NCBI GenBank assembly: GCA_963715255.1
Contig: CAVQRN010000005.1
Span: 9,880 to 73,879, forward strand
Source of the DNA: an uncultured Actinomycetota bacterium
GTDB lineage: Bacteria > Actinomycetota > Acidimicrobiia > Spongiisociales > UBA5794
Direction: 5' to 3'
Length of the DNA: 64,000 nucleotides
Below the pieces are notes generated by a model. The model was not told the origin of the DNA and made no database searches. It saw only the letters and a list, made by a program, of their open reading frames with translations. Position numbers and translations under genes: made by a program. Below are positions 9,697 to 19,065 of the stretch, piece after piece. Every line of letters starts with the position of its first letter. The first letter of the stretch is position 1.

Positions 9697-10311
9697 GTGT
9701 TGACCAAGACCAACTGCGTGCAGCCACGGCGGGGCCGCCCCCGTGACCCGTCGGTCGACCGTGCGATTCTCGAATCGGCCCGGTCGGTCCTGGCGCGCCG
9801 GGGCTTCACCGGCACCTCGATGGACGAGATCGCCCGAACGGCCGGCGTCGGCAAGGACACCCTGTATCGCCGGTGGAAGTCGAAGGAGATGCTCGTTCAG
9901 CATCTGCTCACGGTGCTTTCGGCCGAGAACGCTCCCGTGCCGGCAGATGACGATCCCAGGTACGCCCTGTTCGTCTTCCTCCAGGACATCGTGCGCCTCA
10001 ACACACGGTCCGATTTCGGTGCGATCCTTGCCGGGATCGTCGGCGAGTCGGCGCGCAACCCGCAATTGGCCATGGCGTTCCATCAGTTTTGGAGAGAACG
10101 TCGGAGCATCACCGGCGGCATCGTGCGTCGGATCGTCGACCCGGCCACACCTGATCGAGAGATCGACCGGATCCTGGATCGCGTCCTGGGTCCCATCTAC
10201 TACCGCCTACTTCTCTCCGGAGGCCCGATCGACGACGAGTACCTGTGGGATCTCATCCTTGCAGTCCCATGGGCTCCCGGCGAACAAGAAAACCAGAGGG
10301 AAATCACATGA
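9697..10311 (+). CDS. TetR/AcrR family transcriptional regulator
   Basis: HTH TSMDEIARTAGVGKDTLYRRWKSKE. The longest ORF starts at GTG 9619, but the AT-rich promoter-like patch lies inside it, so GTG 9697 is preferred (possibly leaderless). Confidence 0.8.
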   Translation: MLTKTNCVQPRRGRPRDPSVDRAILESARSVLARRGFTGTSMDEIARTAGVGKDTLYRRWKSKEMLVQHLLTVLSAENAPVPADDDPRYALFVFLQDIVRLNTRSDFGAILAGIVGESARNPQLAMAFHQFWRERRSITGGIVRRIVDPATPDREIDRILDRVLGPIYYRLLLSGGPIDDEYLWDLILAVPWAPGEQENQREIT

Positions 10312-10793
10312 CAACGGACATCAGTATCAACACTGAGAAGAACATGAATACGAACACGGAGAAGAACATGAAGATACAGGAACACATCGTTGCGGTCGTC
10401 GAGCCGACCCGTGACGGGGAGGCAACACTCGACATCGCCAATGAGGTCGTCAACAGGGGAGGGCGAGCCACGGTTGTCGTACTCATCACCCGGAAGACCA
10501 TGAGCGACATCCGGGCTTTCGCAGCGTCCGAGAACCTCACGGTTCCCGACGCGAGCGAGATCTACTTCGAGCGGTTGGCCGAGACGTACTCGTCACGTGT
10601 CGGCAGCCCCGACGCGTCCGCCGTCGTCACCGAGAGCGCCTCTTCGGGCCGAACCGTGTTCGAGACCGCGGCAAGCGTCCGTCCGACCACCATCGTCATG
10701 CCCCAGAGGTTGGCGAATCGGCGAGGCTGGCGGGCATCCGTCGCTCGCTCCCAGGTCCCGGTCGTTATCGCACCGTCGACGGCTGCTGCCTGA
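10308..10793 (+). CDS. universal-stress-protein-like (adenine nucleotide alpha-hydrolase fold) protein
   Basis: ATGA overlap with the TetR stop. IVAVVEPTRDGEATLDIA ... TTIVMPQRLANRRGWRASVARSQVPVVIAP resembles the USP layout. The N-terminus has a tandem NTEKNM repeat. Confidence 0.45.
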   Translation: MTTDISINTEKNMNTNTEKNMKIQEHIVAVVEPTRDGEATLDIANEVVNRGGRATVVVLITRKTMSDIRAFAASENLTVPDASEIYFERLAETYSSRVGSPDASAVVTESASSGRTVFETAASVRPTTIVMPQRLANRRGWRASVARSQVPVVIAPSTAAA

Positions 10794-10830
10794 GTCCCAT
10801 CTCGATCGAGGGATGCTCACTACGGTGTCC

Positions 10831-10859
10831 GGCGGGAGGGCACATGCGGTTCTCCCGCC
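10831..10859 (+). terminator. hairpin downstream of the USP-like gene
   Basis: GGCGGGAG ... CTCCCGCC forms an 8-bp perfect stem with a 13-nt loop. No clear U-tract. Confidence 0.35.
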
Positions 10860-11028
10860 TCGGAACGACCGGCGACGCTATCCGACGACCACTTCCACGC
10901 GGTGGAGACAACACCAGACCCGGACGCGTTCAATCGCTGAGGGCGATGAGAGTGTCTTGCGCCCCTAGCCGTGGCGCCGCCGTCGGACCATGCTGGGGTT
11001 TCAGTCGTTCGAGGAGAAAGTCCGCACC

Positions 11029-13710
11029 ATGCGTCCCCACTATTTGAGAACACTTTTCGCACCGAGTTCGGTCGTCATGTTCGGCGCCAGCGACCGGGTC
11101 GATTCCGTAGGTCAGATCGTCTTCAAGAACATGCTCGAGGGGAGCTTCGAAGGGGAGATCTACGCCATCAATCCGAAGCGCAAAGAGATTCAGGGTCGTA
11201 GGGCGTATCCCGACCTCGAAGCGATCGATCAGCCGATCGACCTCGCGATCGTGGCGACCCCCGCCGCGACGGTTCCTGCCATTGTGGAGAAGTGCGGGGA
11301 ACACGGCATCAAGTCGATGATCATCCTGTCGGCCGGCTTCCGAGAAGTCGGTCCGGCCGGTCGCGCCCTTGAGAAGAAAATCGGAGATCTTGCTCGCTCG
11401 TATGGAATCCGCTTCCTCGGACCCAACTGCCTCGGGCTGATCCGTCCGAGCATCGGTTTGAACGCCACGTTCGGTAACAACAACGCGGCGGAGGGCGGCG
11501 TGGCGCTCGTTTCGCAGTCCGGGGCGTTGTGCACCGCAATCCTCGACTGGGCAGACGGTCGTGACGTTGGCTTTTCCGCCGTCGTGTCCACGGGCATTGC
11601 GGCCGACGTCGACTTTGGAGACATCCTCGATTTCCTCGCCTCTGATCCGAAGACCCAGAGCATCATCCTCTATGTGGAGGGCCTGCAGGATGCCCGCCGC
11701 TTCATGAGTGGACTTCGCGCTGCAGCACGAGCGAAACCGGTGATCGTCATCAAAGCTGGTCGCCATTCCGAAGGTGCAGCAGCCTCGATGTCTCACACGG
11801 GCGCGCTTGTCGGTGGTGACGAAGCCTTCACCGCAGCGCTCAATCGGTCTGGTGTCGTTCGCGTCGAGAACATCAGCCAGGTGTTCGCCGCGGCGGGAAC
11901 GCTCTCTTCGCGTTACCGGAGCAGCGGCAATCGCATCGCGATCATCACCAACGGCGGTGGCCCCGCGGTGCTCGCGGCCGATCACGTGCCGGAAGTTCGT
12001 CTGAAGTTGGCCGAGTTGAGCGAGAAGACGATCAAGAGCCTCAACGCAGCGCTGCCGGCTACCTGGTCGCATGGCAACCCGGTGGACATCATCGGGGATG
12101 CGCCACCGGAGCGCTACAAGGACGCGATCGACATCTGCCTCGGGGATCCCGACGTCGACGGTGTGCTCGTCATCCTCACGCCGCAGGCCATGACGCGCCC
12201 CCTCGACGTTGCAGAGGCGGTCATCGAAGCCGCCGAGCAGAACGAGAAGCCCATCATCGCATCGTGGATGGGAGGTCCCCAGGTCAACCCCGCCCGTCAG
12301 GCCTTCCGCCGCGCAAAGATCCCGATCTTCAACACGCCGGAAGCCGCAATCGACGCCTTCCACTATCTCGCCGCCTACAAGTTCAACCAAGAGTTGCTGC
12401 TCCAGACTCCGGGGCGGCTACCGCTCGAGCACGAGGAACCGAACACCGAGGCCGCTCGCCTCATCATCGAGAGTGCACTCAGCGAGAAGCGGAGCGTGCT
12501 CACCGAACCGGAGTCGATCGCCCTCCTGGGGGCGTTCGGCATCCCGACCGTGCGCAACGGCATCGCTCGATCTGCCGAAGAGGCCCTTGTCCTCGCCGTA
12601 TCCATGGGGTTTCCGGTCGCGATGAAGATCTACTCCGAGGACATCTCGCACAAGTCCGATGCCGGTGGTGTCACGCTCGACATCCAGGGTGCGGCAGACA
12701 CGCGCGGCGCCTACAACGGTCTGATGAATCGGGTCCGGAATGCCCGCCCGGACGCCGTCCTGCAAGGCGTCACGGTCGAACAGATGAGGCGCACGGCGAA
12801 CGGCCGTGAAGTCATGATCGGCGTGCTCAACGACCCGGTCTTTGGACCCGTCATCAGCTTCGGAGCGGGAGGAACCAGGGTTGAGGTGATGAAGGACGTT
12901 GCCGTTGCTCTGCCGCCGCTCAACGAACGCCTCGCGAAGAACCTCATCTCGCGAACCAAGATCGCCACGATGCTCGAGCAATTCCGGAACCTGCCTGCGG
13001 TCAACGTCGATGCGTTGGTCGACGTGTTGCTGCGAGTGTCGAACATGGCGTGTGAGCTCCCCTGGCTCCAGGAGATGGACATCAATCCGCTCATTCTGGA
13101 TGAGAACGGTGCGGTCGCGGTCGACGCACGGGTCGTCGTCGGTTTGCCGCGCCCGTCGACCGACCCCTATCACCACATGGCCATCCACCCCTATCCCGCC
13201 GACCTGGAGACGCACTTCCAGCTTCCCGACGGCACCGACGTGACGATGCGGCCGATCCGACCGGAAGACGCCGAGATCGAAGCACTCTTCATCCTGAATC
13301 TCTCCGATGAAGCCAAGTACTTCCGATTCATGCACGCGGTCCACGAACTCACTCCGGAGATGCTGGTTCGTTTCACCCAGATCGACTACAACCGCGAAAT
13401 GGCACTGATCGTCGTAACTCACGAAGACGGACACGAGGTTGAGCACGGAGTCATCCGGTATGTCACGAATCCCGATCAGAGCAGTTGTGAATTCGCCCTG
13501 GTCGTCTCAGACGAGTTCCAGGGCCACGGTGTCGGGCAACGCATGCTGAAGCGACTGATGGAGATCGCCCGTTCCCGCGGACTCGACACGATGGAAGGTG
13601 AGGTTCTGTCCGAGAACCGCAGAATGCTGAACCTCGTGAAATCCATGGACTTCCAGATCCAGCCCACGCCCGACGATCCCGGCGTTCAATACGTTTGGAG
13701 AGATCTCTGA
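11029..13710 (+). CDS. bifunctional ADP-forming acyl-CoA synthetase-like / GNAT protein (Pat/YfiQ-type protein lysine acetyltransferase architecture)
   Basis: The N-terminal ~700 aa carries CoA-binding and ATP-grasp signatures (FGASDRVDSVG, IVATPAATVP, ILSAGFRE, FLGPNCLG). The C-terminus is GNAT (VVSDEFQGHGVGQRMLKRLMEIARSRG). ATG 11029 lies after GAGGAG; ATG 10990 is also possible. Confidence 0.85.
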   Translation: MRPHYLRTLFAPSSVVMFGASDRVDSVGQIVFKNMLEGSFEGEIYAINPKRKEIQGRRAYPDLEAIDQPIDLAIVATPAATVPAIVEKCGEHGIKSMIILSAGFREVGPAGRALEKKIGDLARSYGIRFLGPNCLGLIRPSIGLNATFGNNNAAEGGVALVSQSGALCTAILDWADGRDVGFSAVVSTGIAADVDFGDILDFLASDPKTQSIILYVEGLQDARRFMSGLRAAARAKPVIVIKAGRHSEGAAASMSHTGALVGGDEAFTAALNRSGVVRVENISQVFAAAGTLSSRYRSSGNRIAIITNGGGPAVLAADHVPEVRLKLAELSEKTIKSLNAALPATWSHGNPVDIIGDAPPERYKDAIDICLGDPDVDGVLVILTPQAMTRPLDVAEAVIEAAEQNEKPIIASWMGGPQVNPARQAFRRAKIPIFNTPEAAIDAFHYLAAYKFNQELLLQTPGRLPLEHEEPNTEAARLIIESALSEKRSVLTEPESIALLGAFGIPTVRNGIARSAEEALVLAVSMGFPVAMKIYSEDISHKSDAGGVTLDIQGAADTRGAYNGLMNRVRNARPDAVLQGVTVEQMRRTANGREVMIGVLNDPVFGPVISFGAGGTRVEVMKDVAVALPPLNERLAKNLISRTKIATMLEQFRNLPAVNVDALVDVLLRVSNMACELPWLQEMDINPLILDENGAVAVDARVVVGLPRPSTDPYHHMAIHPYPADLETHFQLPDGTDVTMRPIRPEDAEIEALFILNLSDEAKYFRFMHAVHELTPEMLVRFTQIDYNREMALIVVTHEDGHEVEHGVIRYVTNPDQSSCEFALVVSDEFQGHGVGQRMLKRLMEIARSRGLDTMEGEVLSENRRMLNLVKSMDFQIQPTPDDPGVQYVWRDL

Positions 13711-14002
13711 TCGACAGGGGATGAGAATCGTCCGGGTTCGACACCAGGTGGTTGACCCCGACGCTCGGTCACGATCGCGCGACCGTTCTGATGTGACCGA
13801 CCGGGCGCTGGACGCGTCATATTCTTCGCGAGAGGCGACGCCCACTCCGGTGGCGAGCGTCGCTCCGAAAACGAACAAGAAGAGGCATCATTGTGAGGAC
13901 ATCGAATCTGATCATCGCGACGGGGGCGATGAAGATTCGCGCCTTCCCCCTGATCGCCATGTCCGGAGGGTGAGTCGGGTACTTCGGGCTATCGTCCGCT
14001 GA

Positions 14003-15190
14003 ATGATCGAGGTCCGACCAGCCCAGAATCTCGGCAGCGCCCTTGCACTCGCCACGGAGCGAATCGTGGCGCCCGTTGAGGGGATGCATCGAGCGATCTC
14101 CGGGCGCTGGTTCGGTCCGCTCGGTGCTGTTGGAGCGCCGGTTCGGAAAGTGCACGACGCCATCGTGAGCGTCGTCTATGGATCTGTTCGTCTCGGCGGG
14201 GACACCGTGGGTATCACCCTTGGCGACCGGATCATCGTCGAGGCAAGCACCGCAGATTCGGTCCAGGCGTTCATGAACGGCCTGTGGGGTGACACGCTCG
14301 GCCAGCGCGCAGGTCATACGGAGATTCAGATGGGTGTCCGCGACCAATGGGGAGCGTCGGTGACGATCGGCCCCGATCTCGCGACGGCCTTCCCCGGCGC
14401 CACCGGCCGATTGGTCGTGCTGGTGCACGGACTCTTCGAGACGGAACGGTGCTGGCACGGCACCGAGACGGAACCCAGTCTCGCCCAGGCGCTCGAGGAC
14501 CACGCCGAGCTGACCCCGGTGTCGATTAGGTACAACTCGGGGTTGCGCGTGTCGGACAACGGATACCGGCTGGCATCGCTGCTCGATGAGGTCCACTCCG
14601 AGTGGCCGGTTCCGGTACAGTCAATCGCCCTCGTCGGCCACTCAATGGGTGGTCTTGTGGTTCGCAGCGCCTGCGAAGCCGCTCGCGCCGGGGGACACCG
14701 ATGGGTTGACAACGTCGACGACTTGGTGACGGTGGCGGCGCCGCATCAAGGTTCACCGCTCGAGAAGATCGCCAATGTGGCTGCGTTTGGCCTCGGTGTC
14801 GCGGCCGAGACCAGGCCGCTCGCCGACTTCGTGAATGGCCGGAGCGTCGGGATCAAAGACCTCAGATTCGGCGCGATCGTGGAGGACGACTGGAAGGGTG
14901 TCGATCCAGATGCTCTGCTGCACAACGCGGTTGGCAAACACGCTCTGGCGTCCGGCATCGACCATCACTTCGTGACCGGCGTGGTCACTTCGGATCCAAC
15001 CCACCCGGTGGGGGTGGCAATGGGAGATCTGGTCGTGCGTGCCGGAAGCGGCACCGGGGGGCAGCATCTGCAACCGAGGGACAGCGTTGTCGTGGGCGGC
15101 AAGAACCACTTCGACCTTCTTCATGAACCAGAGGTGATCGACCGCGTCCTGGGATGGCTCGCCCCGACGCCGGTCGATTCCGTCTCGTGA
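14003..15190 (+). CDS. alpha/beta hydrolase (PGAP1-like esterase/lipase family)
   Basis: VVLVHGLFE ... nucleophile elbow LVGHSMGGLV ... VTVAAPHQGSPLE. Confidence 0.7.
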   Translation: MIEVRPAQNLGSALALATERIVAPVEGMHRAISGRWFGPLGAVGAPVRKVHDAIVSVVYGSVRLGGDTVGITLGDRIIVEASTADSVQAFMNGLWGDTLGQRAGHTEIQMGVRDQWGASVTIGPDLATAFPGATGRLVVLVHGLFETERCWHGTETEPSLAQALEDHAELTPVSIRYNSGLRVSDNGYRLASLLDEVHSEWPVPVQSIALVGHSMGGLVVRSACEAARAGGHRWVDNVDDLVTVAAPHQGSPLEKIANVAAFGLGVAAETRPLADFVNGRSVGIKDLRFGAIVEDDWKGVDPDALLHNAVGKHALASGIDHHFVTGVVTSDPTHPVGVAMGDLVVRAGSGTGGQHLQPRDSVVVGGKNHFDLLHEPEVIDRVLGWLAPTPVDSVS

Positions 15191-15261
15191 TGTGATGGTG
15201 CGCCGCGTTGTCGCCGACTCGCCCTCCTGCAAGGATCAGGAGTGAATTGAGATCTTGGCCG

Positions 15262-16938
15262 TCAGCTCAACGGATCGAGACTGAGGATCGCCGGATCGAC
15301 AGCCGGGGAGTTCGGCGACACCGAGGGGACCGATTCGTAGACGGACTCGAGGGACGGGCGCGGGTCCGGCTCACCCTTGTTCGGCCACATGGCCATCGCT
15401 CGCTCGGCCATCGCCGTAATCGACAGTGACGGGTTGACACCGAGATTCGCGCCGACGGCGGCTCCGTCGACAACATGGAGCCCAGGATGACCGTACACCC
15501 GGTGATAGGCATCGATCACACCCGTCGATGGGTCAATTCCGATCGCTGCACCGCCGAGGATGTGAGCGGTCGTCGGACGATTCAGGACCACTTCGTTGAT
15601 CGAACTCATCGGATCGCCGCCCATGACCTCGGCGGCGATCCGGGCTGCGTCGTTTGCGACCGGGATGTACGTGGGGTTCGGGTCACCATGACCCTGACGA
15701 GAAACGACGCGGGTACCGAAGATGCCACGCTTGCGGAATAGCCGCAACGAATTGTCGTAGCTCTGCATCACCAGGAGGATCACGGAGCGCTCCGCCCACC
15801 TGCGCACCGACATCGAGCGAAGCCACCGGATCGGATGGAACACGATGTTCCCGAGATACCGGAGTGGACGCGGCACGCCGGGGCCACCGTCGGTGAGGAT
15901 GGTGCCGAGCAAGCCCATCACCGAGCTTCCCTTCGGATAGCGCACCGACTCGATGTGCGTGTGCGGCTCCGGATGGATCGACGACGTGATCGCCACACCC
16001 TGCGAGTAATTGACCTCGGTGCCACGCGCCGTCGCTCCCAGCAGTACCTCAGAATTCGTGCGAACAAGCTGTCCCACTTGATCGGAGAGATCGGGGAGGC
16101 GTCCGTGGTCCACAAGGGAGAGCAGAAGGCGAGTCGTTCCGAGGGCCCCGGCAGAGAAGATGACCTGGCCGGCGAAGAACAACCTACCGTTGCGCCCCTT
16201 GACTGGGCCGGGGCGCTGGGTTGTGATCCGCCAGCGGCCGTCGGGCAGTTGCTCGACGTCGGTGGCCTCCGTGTCGGCGTGGACGACGGCACCGTTCTGC
16301 TCCGCGAGATAGAGGTAGTTCTTGTCGAGGGTGTTCTTGGCGTTCTGATTGCACCCGATCATGCAGGCCCCGACGCTCGTGCATCCTGAGCGGGAAGGGC
16401 CCGCACCACCGAAGTAGGGATCTTCGACTTCGACGCCGGGCTCACCGAGAAAGACCCCCACCGGGGTTGGCCGGAAGGTATCCGCGACCCCGAGACGTTC
16501 GGCTACCTGGCGCAACACATCATCTGCCGGGGTGTCGGCGCTCGCTTCGGTGACTCCGAGCATTCTCCTCGCAAGGGCGTAGAACGGTGCGAGTTCCTGT
16601 CTCCAGTCGGTGATGGAACTCCACTGTGGATCCGTGAAGAACGCGTCATGCGGTTCATAGAGCGTATTCGCGTAGACAAGGGATCCACCACCAACTCCCG
16701 CACCGGAGAGGACCAGCACATTGCTGAGGAGATCGAGTCGCTGGATCCCATACAACCCGAGACGCGGGCCCCAGATGAAGCGCTTCACGTCCCAATTCGT
16801 CGCCGCGAACTCACCGGTCCGATAGCGTCGACCGGCCTCGAGCACCCCGACGCGATACCCCTTCTCGGTCAACCGCAGAGCAGAGACGCTACCCCCGAAG
16901 CCAGACCCGATAACGGCGACGTCGTAGAAGGTATCCAT
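15262..16938 (-). CDS. GMC family oxidoreductase (cholesterol-oxidase-like flavoprotein)
   Basis: FAD motif DVAVIGSGFGGSVSALRLTEKGYRVGVLEAG. 558 aa counted from ATG 16938. Confidence 0.85.
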   Translation of the reverse strand: MDTFYDVAVIGSGFGGSVSALRLTEKGYRVGVLEAGRRYRTGEFAATNWDVKRFIWGPRLGLYGIQRLDLLSNVLVLSGAGVGGGSLVYANTLYEPHDAFFTDPQWSSITDWRQELAPFYALARRMLGVTEASADTPADDVLRQVAERLGVADTFRPTPVGVFLGEPGVEVEDPYFGGAGPSRSGCTSVGACMIGCNQNAKNTLDKNYLYLAEQNGAVVHADTEATDVEQLPDGRWRITTQRPGPVKGRNGRLFFAGQVIFSAGALGTTRLLLSLVDHGRLPDLSDQVGQLVRTNSEVLLGATARGTEVNYSQGVAITSSIHPEPHTHIESVRYPKGSSVMGLLGTILTDGGPGVPRPLRYLGNIVFHPIRWLRSMSVRRWAERSVILLVMQSYDNSLRLFRKRGIFGTRVVSRQGHGDPNPTYIPVANDAARIAAEVMGGDPMSSINEVVLNRPTTAHILGGAAIGIDPSTGVIDAYHRVYGHPGLHVVDGAAVGANLGVNPSLSITAMAERAMAMWPNKGEPDPRPSLESVYESVPSVSPNSPAVDPAILSLDPLS

Positions 16939-16976
16939 CGACAGGAATCGTAGCAACCGGCTCTCGAGAAGCCCCG

Positions 16977-17038
16977 GCTGCAAGCTTCAAGCGACAAGCT
17001 GCAAGACGGTCCTTCCAGCAGCTTGCGTAGCTTGCAGC
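16977..17038 (-). terminator. two-tier palindromic hairpin after the SDR gene
   Basis: The outer stem is 10 bp, pairing 16977-16986 with 17029-17038 (GCTGCAAGCT/AGCTTGCAGC). The inner stem is 8 bp, pairing 16995-17002 with 17018-17025. The element lies 4 nt downstream of the stop at 17042. Confidence 0.4.
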
Positions 17039-17041
17039 TGA

Positions 17042-17758
17042 TCAGAACTCCGCCGCGCCCCATACCGGAATCTGGGCCCCGTTGATGACGGCTGAGCGGT
17101 GGCCCGTGAGGAAGTCGATTACGTTTGCGATCTCGTCGGGCTTTGGCCAATTCACGTAGTCGGCGTAGGGGAGGGCTTCCCTGGTGCGGTGGGTGTCGAT
17201 CACCGACGGGAGCAACACGTTGCAGGTCACGTTCGTATCGGACAACTCGCGAGCAACGGACTTCCCGAGTGCTACGACGCCTGCCTTTGCGATGTTGTAC
17301 GCAGCTTGTCCGGCCGGCGGATCGATCGCCTGGCGGCTACCGAGCATCACGATACGACCCCAGTCCTGACTGCGCATGTACGGGATCGCCGCACGCACGG
17401 CGTTGAACGCCGATCGGAGATTCAGGTCGATCATGCGATCGAAACGTACGTCGTCGGTTTCGTGTACGTCGCGGCCGCCGGCCCATCCGCCGACGAGAGA
17501 GACAAGGACGTTCAGTCCACCGAACGTATCCACCGTCTCCTCGAAGAACGCGTCCGTCGCGGAAGCATCAACGGCATCAACACGGCGGAGGATGAGTTGA
17601 TCCTCAGGCAGGTCGAGTTCGCGCTCGAGAGCGGCCGCCTGTTCGGGAACGATGTAGGTGACGCCAAGCTTGAAGTTGCGCTGAACAAGGAGGGGGAGCA
17701 GTGCTCGACCGACCGCTCCGGAGCCTCCGGTGACGATAGCGATGTTCGATCCGTTCAT
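17042..17758 (-). CDS. SDR family oxidoreductase
   Basis: TGGSGAVG (TGxxxGxG) cofactor motif and catalytic YNIAK (YxxxK). Confidence 0.85.
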   Translation of the reverse strand: MNGSNIAIVTGGSGAVGRALLPLLVQRNFKLGVTYIVPEQAAALERELDLPEDQLILRRVDAVDASATDAFFEETVDTFGGLNVLVSLVGGWAGGRDVHETDDVRFDRMIDLNLRSAFNAVRAAIPYMRSQDWGRIVMLGSRQAIDPPAGQAAYNIAKAGVVALGKSVARELSDTNVTCNVLLPSVIDTHRTREALPYADYVNWPKPDEIANVIDFLTGHRSAVINGAQIPVWGAAEF

Positions 17759-17847
17759 GGGTTCAGCCTAGCGTTGCGGTGGTCGCGGTCCGTGGCGCAC
17801 CCCTTTTCGGGATGTTATGATCACCGCAGCTACGCAAGGAGTTGGAA

Positions 17848-19062
17848 GTGGCGGAGATCCTCCTCGAAGACATTGGCAAGATCTACCCGGATGGGACTCG
17901 GGCGGTTGGACAGGTCGATCTGGAGATCAAGGACGCCGAATTCCTTGTGTTCGTTGGACCGTCCGGTTGCGGAAAGTCGACCCTGCTGCGGATGATTGCG
18001 GGCCTTGAGGAGATTACCGAAGGCAAGATGTACATCGGGGACAAGCTCGTCAATGACGTCGCCCCGAAGGATCGGGACATCGCGATGGTGTTCCAGAACT
18101 ACGCGCTGTATCCCCACATGTCGGTGTACGACAACATGGCGTTCGGTTTGAAGCTTCGCAAGACCCCCAAGGATGAGATCGCGCGACGCGTGAACGAAGC
18201 CGCCGAGTCGCTTGAGATCACCGAGTTCTTGGATCGGAAGCCGAAGGCGCTCTCTGGCGGCCAGCGGCAGCGTGTTGCGATGGGTCGGGCCATGGTTCGC
18301 GAGCCGATGGCTTTCTTGATGGATGAGCCGCTCTCCAACCTCGATGCCAAGCTCCGTGTCCAGATGCGTAGCGAGCTCGGCCGCCTCCACAATCGCCTCA
18401 AGACGACGACCGTGTACGTCACCCATGACCAGATCGAGGCGATGACGCTCGGGCACCGCGTCGCCGTCATGCGTCCGGTGTCGGAGAATCGCCCGTACAA
18501 CATGCAGCAGGTTGCACCTCCGGCCGAGCTGTTCAACGAACCACGCAATCTCTTCGTGGCGGGGTTCATTGGGAGCCCAGCTATGAACCTGATCTACGGC
18601 ACGCTCTCGAGCGAGGGCGGGGACGTCTGGTGCTCGTTCGCCGGTCAGCGGGTGAAGCTCCACAGAACGGCTCTCGATCGGCATCCGGGCCTCGAAAGCT
18701 ACATGAACAAGCAGTTGGTGGCCGGGATGCGGCCTGGGGACTTCGAGGACGCGAGAGTGGCGCCCGAAGATCCGGACTGCACGATCAGCGCGACCACCGA
18801 CGTCAACGAGATGCTGGGTTCGGACACGTACGTCCATTTCTCGCTTCCGGAGAAGCCGGTGCTTACCGCGGACATCGAGGAACTGGCTGCCGCACAGGGA
18901 ACCGATCTCTCGCTGCGTGGAAACGAGACGAACTTCAGCGCCCGTGTGAGTCCCGATGTCGCTGTGCCGAACGGATCCGAGGTCAGGCTCGTGCTCGATA
19001 CCAGCAAGATGCACTTCTTCGATCCCGAAACCAACCATCGGATCGGGACGACATCGCCGTAG
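17848..19062 (+). CDS. sugar ABC transporter ATP-binding protein (MalK/UgpC/MsiK family), orphan
   Basis: GTG 17848 lies 6 nt after AAGGAG. Walker A GPSGCGKST, signature LSGGQRQRVAMGRA, Walker B FLMDEPLSNLD, and a C-terminal MalK-type domain. No adjacent permease or binding-protein gene. Confidence 0.85.
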   Translation: MAEILLEDIGKIYPDGTRAVGQVDLEIKDAEFLVFVGPSGCGKSTLLRMIAGLEEITEGKMYIGDKLVNDVAPKDRDIAMVFQNYALYPHMSVYDNMAFGLKLRKTPKDEIARRVNEAAESLEITEFLDRKPKALSGGQRQRVAMGRAMVREPMAFLMDEPLSNLDAKLRVQMRSELGRLHNRLKTTTVYVTHDQIEAMTLGHRVAVMRPVSENRPYNMQQVAPPAELFNEPRNLFVAGFIGSPAMNLIYGTLSSEGGDVWCSFAGQRVKLHRTALDRHPGLESYMNKQLVAGMRPGDFEDARVAPEDPDCTISATTDVNEMLGSDTYVHFSLPEKPVLTADIEELAAAQGTDLSLRGNETNFSARVSPDVAVPNGSEVRLVLDTSKMHFFDPETNHRIGTTSP

Positions 19063-19065
19063 GGG

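Noticed and set aside
13893-13973. 26-codon ORF (VRTSNLIIATGAMKIRAFPLIAMSGG) with an AAGAGG 8 nt upstream, in the 290-nt gap before the alpha/beta hydrolase gene.
   Set aside because: It is too short to evaluate without conservation or ribosome-profiling data and has no recognisable motif.
17759-17847. Possible msiK RNA motif in the leader of the MsiK-type ATPase gene.
   Set aside because: I do not remember the consensus well enough to test it by eye. Only a short GC-rich leader and the AAGGAG RBS are evident. Checking it needs cmsearch.
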